The notes beneath the pieces are model-generated. The model worked only from the letters and a program-made list of their open reading frames with translations. It searched no databases and was not told the origin of the DNA. Below, piece after piece: positions 40,401 to 48,016 of a stretch of 64,000 nt of DNA. This DNA comes from Rickettsiales bacterium (GTDB taxonomy: Bacteria > Pseudomonadota > Alphaproteobacteria > Rickettsiales > UBA1997): NCBI GenBank assembly GCA_020054695.1, contig JAHXBT010000016.1:101680-165679 (forward strand), in the 5' to 3' direction. Position numbers and translations under genes: made by a program. Within the stretch, counting starts at the first letter, position 1, and the number at the start of each line of letters is the position of its first letter.

Positions 40401-41055
40401 AGAAGATCCAGATAAATACCATCTGATTATTACAGATATTAATATGAAAAGAATAGGTGGTATTGAGGCGGCAATGAAGGTTAGAAATATTGAAGCTAAA
40501 CATAATAAGCAGTATAATAGTGATAATAAAATACCCATCATTGCCCTTTCTGGTGATAATGATCAAAAATTTGTTATGAATTTATTAAATAATTCAATTG
40601 ATGATTACATGATTAAGGGTAGTGATCCTAAAAATATTATTAAATTATCAAGATTTTGGGTCGATTATAGGTTTTGTAACCACGATATATTATCCAAAGA
40701 TAATAAACATAATGGCAATAATATATTAAGAAGTGATTTTATATCATTATTTTCTAACAAATCTAGTGCTATAAAAGTCATTAATGTTTTTAAGAAAGAG
40801 TCAGATAGTATTATTCAGGAAATAAGAGGTAATAAAACAGATGTGGTTGAATTACAAAAATCAATTCACAAATTAAAAGGTTCTTCAGATTTAATTGCTA
40901 CTAGAAAATTATTTGAATATTTATCAGAAATTAATATTATTACTAAAGATGGTAAATTACCTGATAATAATAATTTTGATAGTATAATTGAAGAGTATGT
41001 TAATGAAGCGATAGACATTATGAAGTTAGAAATAAAGCGTAATTTCCAAATTTAA
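37444..41055 (+). CDS. Hybrid sensor histidine kinase: ~8-9 TM sensor, GAF-like, HisKA, HATPase_c, REC, REC, HPt
   Basis: 1203 aa. Hydrophobic N-terminal ~270 aa ending YALMQHRILGL. H-box SIAHELRNPLGAI (His467). N-box NLVKNALYY; G1 DTGPGI (~aa691); G2 GTGVGL. REC1 LILTDIEMP (Asp852), YMKP. REC2 LIITDINM (Asp998). HPt SIHKLKGSS (His1142). Confidence 0.92.
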   Translation: MVTFTLISFFITFCTCFLLSILLVTCGKKYIQFTIFNINLCIWTLFNILYISAESFESSLIYAKFASASIVLIPYLFFKTTLSLSNTRIKPIYNIINNIIAISLSLSMFTDLMIRGVRPFMDFKFAPEATMFFYIYCIYLVMVVVIGHIFLYKSIKYNYKNKFIFYAYIIGWSGGVTTLPVYLGISIYPFSVILVAVYTLFVSYALMQHRILGLYLTIINLLIKALCFATIFFSYLISKKIYDLIFINDHYAYIIFNMLYIMFSIQLYQSLVQKLKVVTEKMALGIPYNKLEIRNNIGKHILDIVEIDQLSKQIKNIIEKQIGVKTISFYVASELGIKEHNDPNIKFVKYYGQDIERKYIIEMQRSIQDEKFSLSTKFNEVDYKFRKIMGGADFQGLVPFLYNNKVVGFLTLQSRPKKRNYFYYEDMELFDEVSNKTGFALERVRLHLQFMEEKELALISLAGSIAHELRNPLGAIKLTTDNLTSIKENSRCDENVKEVINKDSEFKETINNSDIKINNFKNQINKTIDLATDIIDMTLHEISGKRLTREDFDYYSAKKSVLDAIMLYGYDSNEEKDKVTINLSDDKNITASKAGDQTISVNNIKEDNDFIILTNNTGFKYIIFNLVKNALYYLSKYPDSDIAISFEKEKIIDQKTIKKFNISNHNIKIEDSKPSTNFKGIYKYNVINIIDTGPGIKEEIITKIFQPYTSYKKNGTGVGLDFCNRMMGNFGGAIICESKLGKYTKFSLLFPILSEQEEKVAIGQILELEDKIAQAEKKGENLSYVEKSLEKKPKKNILLIDDVKVNIDILARDLKNKCPNFEVVIMTCPVEAFKLIKVKQEEDEQFDLILTDIEMPLMNGIDLINKVRNELKISKYDLPILVYGSREDKITINEALDAGCNSYYMKPKDLRFIARNISKWVLNDYMPSKTINNKEIIINNQTLKDLNIIIADDQLMNLMLVSNKISNAGANIFKCNDGGDIIKLMTEDPDKYHLIITDINMKRIGGIEAAMKVRNIEAKHNKQYNSDNKIPIIALSGDNDQKFVMNLLNNSIDDYMIKGSDPKNIIKLSRFWVDYRFCNHDILSKDNKHNGNNILRSDFISLFSNKSSAIKVINVFKKESDSIIQEIRGNKTDVVELQKSIHKLKGSSDLIATRKLFEYLSEINIITKDGKLPDNNNFDSIIEEYVNEAIDIMKLEIKRNFQI

Positions 41056-41061
41056 GCAAAT

Positions 41062-41958
41062 ATGACAAATAAAAAATTAATTTTATCTTCCTTATCGGTA
41101 ATAATTATAGCTATTATTTTTGCTACATTATATAAATATTTTTATCCTGATAATGTTAAATTAGAACAAAAACATATAATAGTTAAAAAAGACAGTAAGG
41201 ATATTATTATAGCAACTTTTGGTAATGGAAAATCTATTACTAAGGCACAATTAGAAACAGAAATAGAGAAAATATATATACAAAATCCAAAGCTAAGGAA
41301 TGTGGAATTTAATAATTTACCTTTTTCCCAAAAAGAATCTATTATTAGACAAATTATTCTTAAAGAATTAAGTTATAAACAAGCTAAAAGACAGAATATT
41401 CACAGATCTAATGAATATAAAAAAACAAAAAGATTGTTTGAAAAAGAATTATTGCAGCAAAAATTATTTGTTGCCATTTCTCAAGATGCATCTTCGGAAG
41501 AAAGATTGCAAAAAAAATATGACGAACTTAAAACAGATTTGCAAGATAAAAAGGAAGTAAGAATTAGATATATTGCATTAAAAACAGAGAAGGAAGCAAA
41601 GTCCCTTTATAAAAAATTAAAGAGAAATCCAGAATCATTTGCTAGTCAGGCTAAGAGCAAATCGATTGATAAATCTACTTCAGATAATGGTGGTGATTTA
41701 GGTTTTGTTGTTGAGAGTAATTTGCCAGAAAACATTACAAAGGAAATTAATAAATTAAAAAAAGGTAAAATATCTAAGGCATTTAAGATTGATAATGTAA
41801 ATTGGATAATTATCAAGCTAGAGGAGAGAAGAAAAGCAAAAGTGCCTGAATTTAATGATATAAGAGAAAAATTAGTTAAAGATTTGGGTAATGAAGCAAT
41901 AGAAAAATTCGCTACATCTAGTTTAGATAGTGCTAATATTAAGATTTTGCTAAAATAA
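41062..41958 (+). CDS. Membrane-anchored parvulin (PpiC-type) peptidyl-prolyl isomerase
   Basis: 298 aa. N-terminal TM segment, SurA/PpiD-like helical part, and a parvulin core with GGDLGFV. Confidence 0.8.
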   Translation: MTNKKLILSSLSVIIIAIIFATLYKYFYPDNVKLEQKHIIVKKDSKDIIIATFGNGKSITKAQLETEIEKIYIQNPKLRNVEFNNLPFSQKESIIRQIILKELSYKQAKRQNIHRSNEYKKTKRLFEKELLQQKLFVAISQDASSEERLQKKYDELKTDLQDKKEVRIRYIALKTEKEAKSLYKKLKRNPESFASQAKSKSIDKSTSDNGGDLGFVVESNLPENITKEINKLKKGKISKAFKIDNVNWIIIKLEERRKAKVPEFNDIREKLVKDLGNEAIEKFATSSLDSANIKILLK

Positions 41959-42441
41959 TTATTACAAAAAGCGCAAACTAATCCAGCTACACAGGGTATA
42001 AGCCATGTCCAATATGGAGCTAAAACTGTCTGGCTACTAAAAACTACCGCTTAACCTGTTGGATATCTATTCCAGAGTGTCTTATAAAATATTGCCTTTA
42101 TTTGAGAGCAATAAGTACTCCTTTCTTGTAATTATTAGTAAGATAGAGAAGTTGAACATTGTTATAAATTATAATATTACTCATATCAAACTTTTCTAGA
42201 TAGTAAGAAAAATTGACAAAGAGAAAACCTGTTAGGTATTTTTAATAATAAAGAAAATAATTTGGATAATAAATTTTAGATAAAATTAACTAAAAAAGTT
42301 ACTTCTTAAAATTACAATGTAAGCGATATCAATTGGTGGTTTATAATTTAATTATTATTATAATAATTGTTTCAATATTGTCTTATAATTTTAAATTCAT
42401 AATATAAAGTAATATTTTTAAAAATACTTTTTTACTTATAA

Positions 42442-43080
42442 ATGCAATTATCATATAAAGAATTCTCTCGAAATAATACAAAAATAGAAAAATTAGTTAT
42501 TTTTCTTCATGGATATGGTGCAAATGGTGAAAATCTCCTTGCTTTAGCGCCCGAAATTTCCAAAAGCCTGACAAATGCTAAATTTATTGCGCCTAACGCT
42601 ACCTATCAGTGCGATATTGGGCTACCTGACTCATATCAATGGTTTACCTTGGCGCAGGCTGATCCAGTTAAAATGTCGATCGAAATTACTGAATCTAACA
42701 GTATTTTAGATAATTTCATTAAAACACAACTAGAAAAACATAATTTAACCAAAAAAGATCTTATTCTTATTGGTTTTTCGCAAGGAGCGATGATGTCTAT
42801 GTATAATTCTCTTAGGTCCTCCGAAGAGCCAGCTGTTATTTTAGCATTATCTGGCAGATTGATTTTACCGCCTGAAATAAAATCTAAACCAAAGGTTTTT
42901 CTTATTCATGGTACAGATGATGATGTAGTAGGATATCACTTTTTAAGAGAAGCAGAAGATGGTCTAAAAGAAATTGGTATAGAGTTTGAGTCTCGTTCTT
43001 TAGATAATCTAGGTCATTCAATAGATTATCGTGTTGTTAAAATTATCCAAAATTATTTCACAACTTTATTTAAAAAATAA
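42442..43080 (+). CDS. Phospholipase/carboxylesterase-family alpha/beta hydrolase
   Basis: 212 aa. VIFLHGYGANG, nucleophile elbow GFSQGAMMS, IHGTDDDVV and GHSI. Confidence 0.85.
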   Translation: MQLSYKEFSRNNTKIEKLVIFLHGYGANGENLLALAPEISKSLTNAKFIAPNATYQCDIGLPDSYQWFTLAQADPVKMSIEITESNSILDNFIKTQLEKHNLTKKDLILIGFSQGAMMSMYNSLRSSEEPAVILALSGRLILPPEIKSKPKVFLIHGTDDDVVGYHFLREAEDGLKEIGIEFESRSLDNLGHSIDYRVVKIIQNYFTTLFKK

Positions 43081-43087
43081 CGAATTT

Positions 43088-43129
43088 ATTATAGGGTTTA
43101 TTTTGTAAAATTAAAATGAACCCTATAAT
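43088..43129. terminator. Inverted repeat between convergent genes (possible bidirectional terminator)
   Basis: attatagggtt (43088-43098) pairs perfectly with aaccctataat (43119-43129), giving an 11-bp stem with a 20-nt AT-rich loop. Confidence 0.35.
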
Positions 43130-43163
43130 TTAACTAAAAAGCCGCCTTAATGTAATTATAATC

Positions 43164-44216
43164 TTAAATTTCTAAAATTGTTGAAACTAATTTTTCAGAA
43201 ACTTGATAAGGACAAGAATTGGCGCCAGGTCTTCTATCTTCAAGATAGCCATAACCTTTAGTTTCAACTTGACGTGGAATTCTAATAGAGCAACTTCTGT
43301 CAGCAACGCCAGCTTTAAATTCATTAATATCACAAGTTTCATGATCACCTGTTAATCTTTGATCTAAACCATGACCATAAACTGCAATATGTTCCTTGTG
43401 TTTTTTAGCAAGATTGTCAATTGCTTTATTAATTGCAGCTTTACCAGTCTTAGAATCCCTAAAAGAATCAATTGAAAAATTAGTATGCATTCCAGCACCG
43501 TTCCAATCTCCCTTAATTGGTTTATTACTAATTGAGGCATCAATGTCATAATCTTCACCAAGGCGGTAAATCAACCATCTAGCAAGCCATAAATGGTCAC
43601 AAACATTTAGAATTGAGTTATCTTCATCTGCATTACCCCTGTAGCCAATTTGAAACTCCCATTGTCCAGGCATAACTTCTGCATTAGTACCGTAAATTAA
43701 AATACCTGCTTCGATACAAGCTTCCGTATGTTCTTCAACTAATTGTCTACCATAAACAGCATCATTACCAACACCACAATAATAAGGACCTTGCGGAGCA
43801 GGAAATCCTCTTGTTGGCCAACCCAACGGAATGCTATCTTTATATAAGGTATATTCTTGCTCAAAACCAACCCATGGATTATGAGAGTCGCCACCCGCAT
43901 CTAAAACTCTTCTTAAACCAGCACGAGTGTTTGACCAATGAGGGGTGCCATCAGAATTCTCAACTTCACATAAAACCAAATAATTTCCGTCACCTCTAAT
44001 AGGATCTTTAACAAAATTAACAGGTTTAAGCAAAAGATCAGAATTACCACCTTTAGATTGATTAGTAGATGAGCCATCAAAACTCCATTCGGGAAAATCA
44101 GACAATTTAACGTTATCAAAATTCTTAAAAGTTGTGATCCTAGTTTTAGATCTAATTTTTTGAACTGGTTTAGCACCGTCAATCCACAGATATTCTGCTT
44201 GCTTAATTTTTGACAT
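43164..44216 (-). CDS. glnII: Glutamine synthetase type II (eukaryote-like GSII)
   Basis: 350 aa, shorter than the ~470 aa of GSI. AEYLWIDG, WSFDGSSTNQS, EVMPGQWEFQIG, GAGMHTNFS and LEDRRPGANS are GSII signatures. Confidence 0.93.
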   Translation of the reverse strand: MSKIKQAEYLWIDGAKPVQKIRSKTRITTFKNFDNVKLSDFPEWSFDGSSTNQSKGGNSDLLLKPVNFVKDPIRGDGNYLVLCEVENSDGTPHWSNTRAGLRRVLDAGGDSHNPWVGFEQEYTLYKDSIPLGWPTRGFPAPQGPYYCGVGNDAVYGRQLVEEHTEACIEAGILIYGTNAEVMPGQWEFQIGYRGNADEDNSILNVCDHLWLARWLIYRLGEDYDIDASISNKPIKGDWNGAGMHTNFSIDSFRDSKTGKAAINKAIDNLAKKHKEHIAVYGHGLDQRLTGDHETCDINEFKAGVADRSCSIRIPRQVETKGYGYLEDRRPGANSCPYQVSEKLVSTILEI

Positions 44217-44356
44217 AATAGTTAACGATATTAATTAATATTTGATTCTATCTCTAGAAATATCTTATATGATTTTCATAAATAAAATATAGTAAATTAT
44301 TTTGGAAAATTTACAAAACAATTATATATAATTTTAATATGAAAAAGCAATGATAA

Positions 44357-45106
44357 TTAACCATCTTCATAAATTACTTTAGTAAAATATAAGCCACAAG
44401 ATGGCGCATTTGGACCTGATTTCGTCCTATCTTTTGCTTCCAAAATAACCTTTATTTTTTCTGGGGAAATGTTTTTTTTAGAAAATTGAATTAATGTGCC
44501 AACAATATTTCTAACCATATGATGCAAAAAAGATTTAGCAGCAATCTCAATGACAATAACATCATTTTCCTGCTTCGTCATGTTAATATAGTCAATTCTT
44601 CTAACACCATTATCTGCTTGACATTCGGAATCCCTAAAGCTAGAAAAATCATGTTTTCCAATCAAATATTTAGTAGATTCTTTAATTAATTCAAAATCTA
44701 ATTTAAATGGAACGTGATGAATGCGATTTTTATCGAGAGCTGGCTGCGCTCTACGATTGAGTATTTTATATTGATATATCCTTTGTTTAGCTGAAAATCG
44801 AGAATGAAAATTATCAGCAACCACAGAGCATTCTAAAATAGAAATATCATCCATTTTAAGAAAAAAATTTAAAGCCATTTTAATCTTAAATGGCTCAAAT
44901 TTTTCTTCTAAATCAAAATGAGCAACTTGTCCTAATGAGTGAACGCCGGCATCTGTTCTACCTGAACCCATAATTTTAACTTTCTTTTTGGTAAGCTTTT
45001 CTAATGATGACTCAATTTGCCCTTGAATAGTAATAATATTTGGCTGTTTTTGCCAACCACAATATCCAGTACCATCATATTCTACAATTATTTTATATCT
45101 TGGCAT
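44357..45106 (-). CDS. truA: tRNA pseudouridine(38-40) synthase
   Basis: 249 aa. YDGTGYCGWQKQ, GSGRTDAGVHSLGQVAHF and FLHHMVRNIVG. Confidence 0.93.
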   Translation of the reverse strand: MPRYKIIVEYDGTGYCGWQKQPNIITIQGQIESSLEKLTKKKVKIMGSGRTDAGVHSLGQVAHFDLEEKFEPFKIKMALNFFLKMDDISILECSVVADNFHSRFSAKQRIYQYKILNRRAQPALDKNRIHHVPFKLDFELIKESTKYLIGKHDFSSFRDSECQADNGVRRIDYINMTKQENDVIVIEIAAKSFLHHMVRNIVGTLIQFSKKNISPEKIKVILEAKDRTKSGPNAPSCGLYFTKVIYEDG

Positions 45107-45252
45107 TTAAATTTTTTAATTATTAAACTAGATCTAAACAACTTAATTTGAAAAAGATCTACATCGTCTTTTGGAAGGTAGGAAAGTCAAAATTTTGGTG
45201 GGGCATTTTATTGCAATAAATGAAGTGGTTTGTTCTATTAATAATTTTACAA

Positions 45253-46158
45253 CTATTTAAATCTATTCCAGCTCGATCTTTCTTCTATTTTATTAAAAAT
45301 ATCATCAATGATGTTTTCTGAAAAATCATCAAATTTGGTAGCTAATAAGTCCTTAACTAAACCCTTTTTCTTTTCTTTTATTTCTACAAATTTAACTTTT
45401 TTACCAAACTTTTTCTTCATAACATCTCGCATATTAGCAATATCATCAATTAAGCCAATTTTTTTACTCTCTGTTCCTGACCAAAAAGCCCCGTTAAATA
45501 GTTCAGCATCGGTTTTTTTAAGTTTTTTACCTCTAGCATTTTTTACAATATTCTTAAAATTAGCAAAAATATCCTTTTGTACAGATTTAAGAATCTTAAT
45601 ATTATCTGGATCTTCAGGAGAAAATGGATCCATAACAGCCTTGTTTTTTCCTTCAGTGTATATCCTTCTTTCCACACCTATTTTCTTAATTGCCTTTTCA
45701 AAGCCAAAACTAGCTGAAATAACACCTATTGAACCAATAATAGATGAATCATGGGCATAAACTTCATCACCAGCGCAAAGTATAAAATATCCACCTGACG
45801 CAGCAACATCTCTTGCAAAAGTAAAGACTGGAATTTTCTTTTCTTCAGAAAGTTCTCTAATTCTTTGAAATATCAACTCTGACTGTACCGGAGATCCGCC
45901 AGGAGAATTGACATTAATTGCTACAGCTTTAAATTTTTTCTCTTTAAAGGATTTTTCCAATAAAGGATTAACATTGTCAATATTTATACCCTTATCAAAT
46001 TTACTAGCATTACCAATTACACCATTAAGATTAATTACAGCAATTTGACTATCTTTTTTGGGTAATATTTTTTTTGTTAAGTCGCATACGAATGACATAG
46101 GACATTGTTTTTCTTTTTTTAGCATTGTTAAATAATAATTGTTATTACACCCCACCAA
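45253..46158 (-). CDS. sppA: Signal peptide peptidase SppA / S49-family protease (36K type)
   Basis: 301 aa. INVNSPGGSPVQSE and AASGGYFILCAGDEVYA. The exact start is uncertain because several N-terminal Met codons exist. Confidence 0.83.
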   Translation of the reverse strand: MVGCNNNYYLTMLKKEKQCPMSFVCDLTKKILPKKDSQIAVINLNGVIGNASKFDKGINIDNVNPLLEKSFKEKKFKAVAINVNSPGGSPVQSELIFQRIRELSEEKKIPVFTFARDVAASGGYFILCAGDEVYAHDSSIIGSIGVISASFGFEKAIKKIGVERRIYTEGKNKAVMDPFSPEDPDNIKILKSVQKDIFANFKNIVKNARGKKLKKTDAELFNGAFWSGTESKKIGLIDDIANMRDVMKKKFGKKVKFVEIKEKKKGLVKDLLATKFDDFSENIIDDIFNKIEERSSWNRFK

Positions 46159-46299
46159 AATGACAAAAGATCATTTTGACTAGAATATTAGAAAAAAACT
46201 ACTCGCTTTTTTACTGTGTCATTGACTTACTTTCAAGGCTATCTTGACTCCGTTATTAATAATAATGAATTTAATAAAACATTATAAATCAAATAAAAA

Positions 46300-46854
46300 T
46301 TATTCGGCTATTTGTTCTACTGACTCCACTTCAGGTATGTAATGTTTTAGCATATTTTCTATTCCATTTTTTAAAGTAACAGTTGAGCTTGGACAGCCTG
46401 AACAAGCACCTCTTAAACTTAAAAAAACTACACCAGATTCAAAAGAATGAAAAATAATATCACCCCCATCCATAGCAACAGCTGGTCTTACCTTCATTTC
46501 AATTAATTCTTTAATTTGTTTTACAACATCACTTTCGTTTTCATTAAGATCTTCCTCATTTTTTTTGTAAAAAACTTCCTGACCAGAATTAATGAAGTCC
46601 ATAAGATTAGCAATGACATCTGTTTTTATATCACCCCATTCAGTATTAGAATTCTTGGTAATAGTAACAAAATCCTTACCCAAAAATATGGATTTTATAC
46701 CCACTATCTCAAATAACTTTTCTGCAAGAGGAGATTCTAATTTAGCTTCATCAAGGTTTTTATATTCTGAAATTTTAGAACCAGCTATCTCAACTTCATC
46801 AGGTATAAATTTTAAACTTTCTGGATTTGGAGTGTTTTCAATTTGTATAAACAT
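46300..46854 (-). CDS. NifU/Nfu-type Fe-S cluster scaffold/carrier
   Basis: 184 aa. Nfu_N start MFIQIENTPNPESLKF, and a NifU C-terminal domain with GACSGCPSS. Confidence 0.88.
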   Translation of the reverse strand: MFIQIENTPNPESLKFIPDEVEIAGSKISEYKNLDEAKLESPLAEKLFEIVGIKSIFLGKDFVTITKNSNTEWGDIKTDVIANLMDFINSGQEVFYKKNEEDLNENESDVVKQIKELIEMKVRPAVAMDGGDIIFHSFESGVVFLSLRGACSGCPSSTVTLKNGIENMLKHYIPEVESVEQIAE

Positions 46855-46855
46855 A

Positions 46856-47179
46856 TTAAAATAATTTTTTAAATTTATCTTCTAAACTTTTACCCTTTGA
46901 CTTAAATTGATCCTCTATTTTGTCAGTTTTTCCTGTTACTTTGTCAGTAATATTATCAACTTTCTCAAACAACTCATCTCTTACTTCGGTCACCTCTTTT
47001 AATAATTCATCTTTGGTTTTATCAATTTTAGAATTAATTTTTTCTTCAAAATTATCAATTTTGGATTCAATATTATTTTTTGTATCAATTATATTGGTTA
47101 CAGCTACATAACCAGCAATTATAACTGATATTAATGAAATAGCTATAATAGATAATAACAAAGTATTTAATTTTTTCAT
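46856..47179 (-). CDS. Small membrane-anchored coiled-coil protein, unknown function
   Basis: 107 aa. One N-terminal TM segment, then repetitive K/D/E-rich helical sequence (KIDNFEEKINSKIDKTKDELLKEV...). Tightly packed between ymdB-like and nfu. Confidence 0.55.
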   Translation of the reverse strand: MKKLNTLLLSIIAISLISVIIAGYVAVTNIIDTKNNIESKIDNFEEKINSKIDKTKDELLKEVTEVRDELFEKVDNITDKVTGKTDKIEDQFKSKGKSLEDKFKKLF

Positions 47180-47212
47180 AATGTAGTAATAGTTAGAAAT
47201 AAATAATATAGT

Positions 47213-48016
47213 TTATGTCTGTGTTAATATACCACCTATTTTGACTATATCAATATTTTTTGCAAGACCCATATCGCCAATATCAATTATTGATCCACAA
47301 AATGTTGCTTCTTTTTTAGCGGGTACCATTTTACCGACACGTCTTTTGCTTAAAAAACTACGAAGAGGAACGTCCTCATCCATACCAATTATACTATCAT
47401 AATCTCCACACATTCCGGCATCTGTTTGATAGGCGGTACCTTTTTTCATAATATGATTATCATTAGTTGGAATATGAGTATGACTCCCAATTATAGCTGA
47501 AACTCTACCGTCAAGAAATTTACCCATAGCCATCTTTTCTGAAGTTGCTTCAGCATGAAAATCAACAAAAATAGCATCTACATCAGTACCTAACTTATAA
47601 TTTTTAAGAATATTATCAATAGATTCAAACGGACAATTTAAGTTATTTTTAATAAATACTTGTCCTAAAGCATGAATAACTAGAATTTTCTTATTACTAA
47701 TTGAAGTAAATATTCTAGCGCCAGCACCAGGAGATGATTTGGGGAAATTCAACGGACGCAAGATCCTTTTCTCTCTGGTAATATAATGCAACATTTCTTT
47801 TTTGTCCCAAACATGATCGCCTCCTGTTAAAACATCTATACCAATTTCTGTGAAATCTTTAACATTATTTTCATTAATACCAAAGCCGCCAGAAGCATTA
47901 TCAACATTAGCAATAATAAAATCTAAACTATATTCATTTTTTAATTTTGCTATATTATTAAAAACAGCTTCTCGACCAGTTCTGCCAACTATGTCTCCAC
48001 AAAATAGTATTTTCAT
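47213..48016 (-). CDS. YmdB-family metallophosphoesterase
   Basis: 267 aa. MKILFCGDIVGRTGR, GGDHVWD, DFHAEATSEK and GSHTHIPT. Confidence 0.88.
   Translation of the reverse strand: MKILFCGDIVGRTGREAVFNNIAKLKNEYSLDFIIANVDNASGGFGINENNVKDFTEIGIDVLTGGDHVWDKKEMLHYITREKRILRPLNFPKSSPGAGARIFTSISNKKILVIHALGQVFIKNNLNCPFESIDNILKNYKLGTDVDAIFVDFHAEATSEKMAMGKFLDGRVSAIIGSHTHIPTNDNHIMKKGTAYQTDAGMCGDYDSIIGMDEDVPLRSFLSKRRVGKMVPAKKEATFCGSIIDIGDMGLAKNIDIVKIGGILTQT

Noticed and set aside
30135-41958. PKS block as a recently acquired genomic island
   Set aside because: This cannot be supported. There is no integrase or transposase, no adjacent tRNA and no flanking direct repeats noticed. Base composition and codon style look like the rest of the window by eye, though this was not computed. 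An older acquisition remains possible.
45308-45760. 150-aa plus-strand ORF inside sppA
   Set aside because: It is the longest shadow ORF in the window, but it is Ser/Phe/Leu/Ile-rich and featureless, whereas the opposite strand carries clear S49 peptidase motifs.
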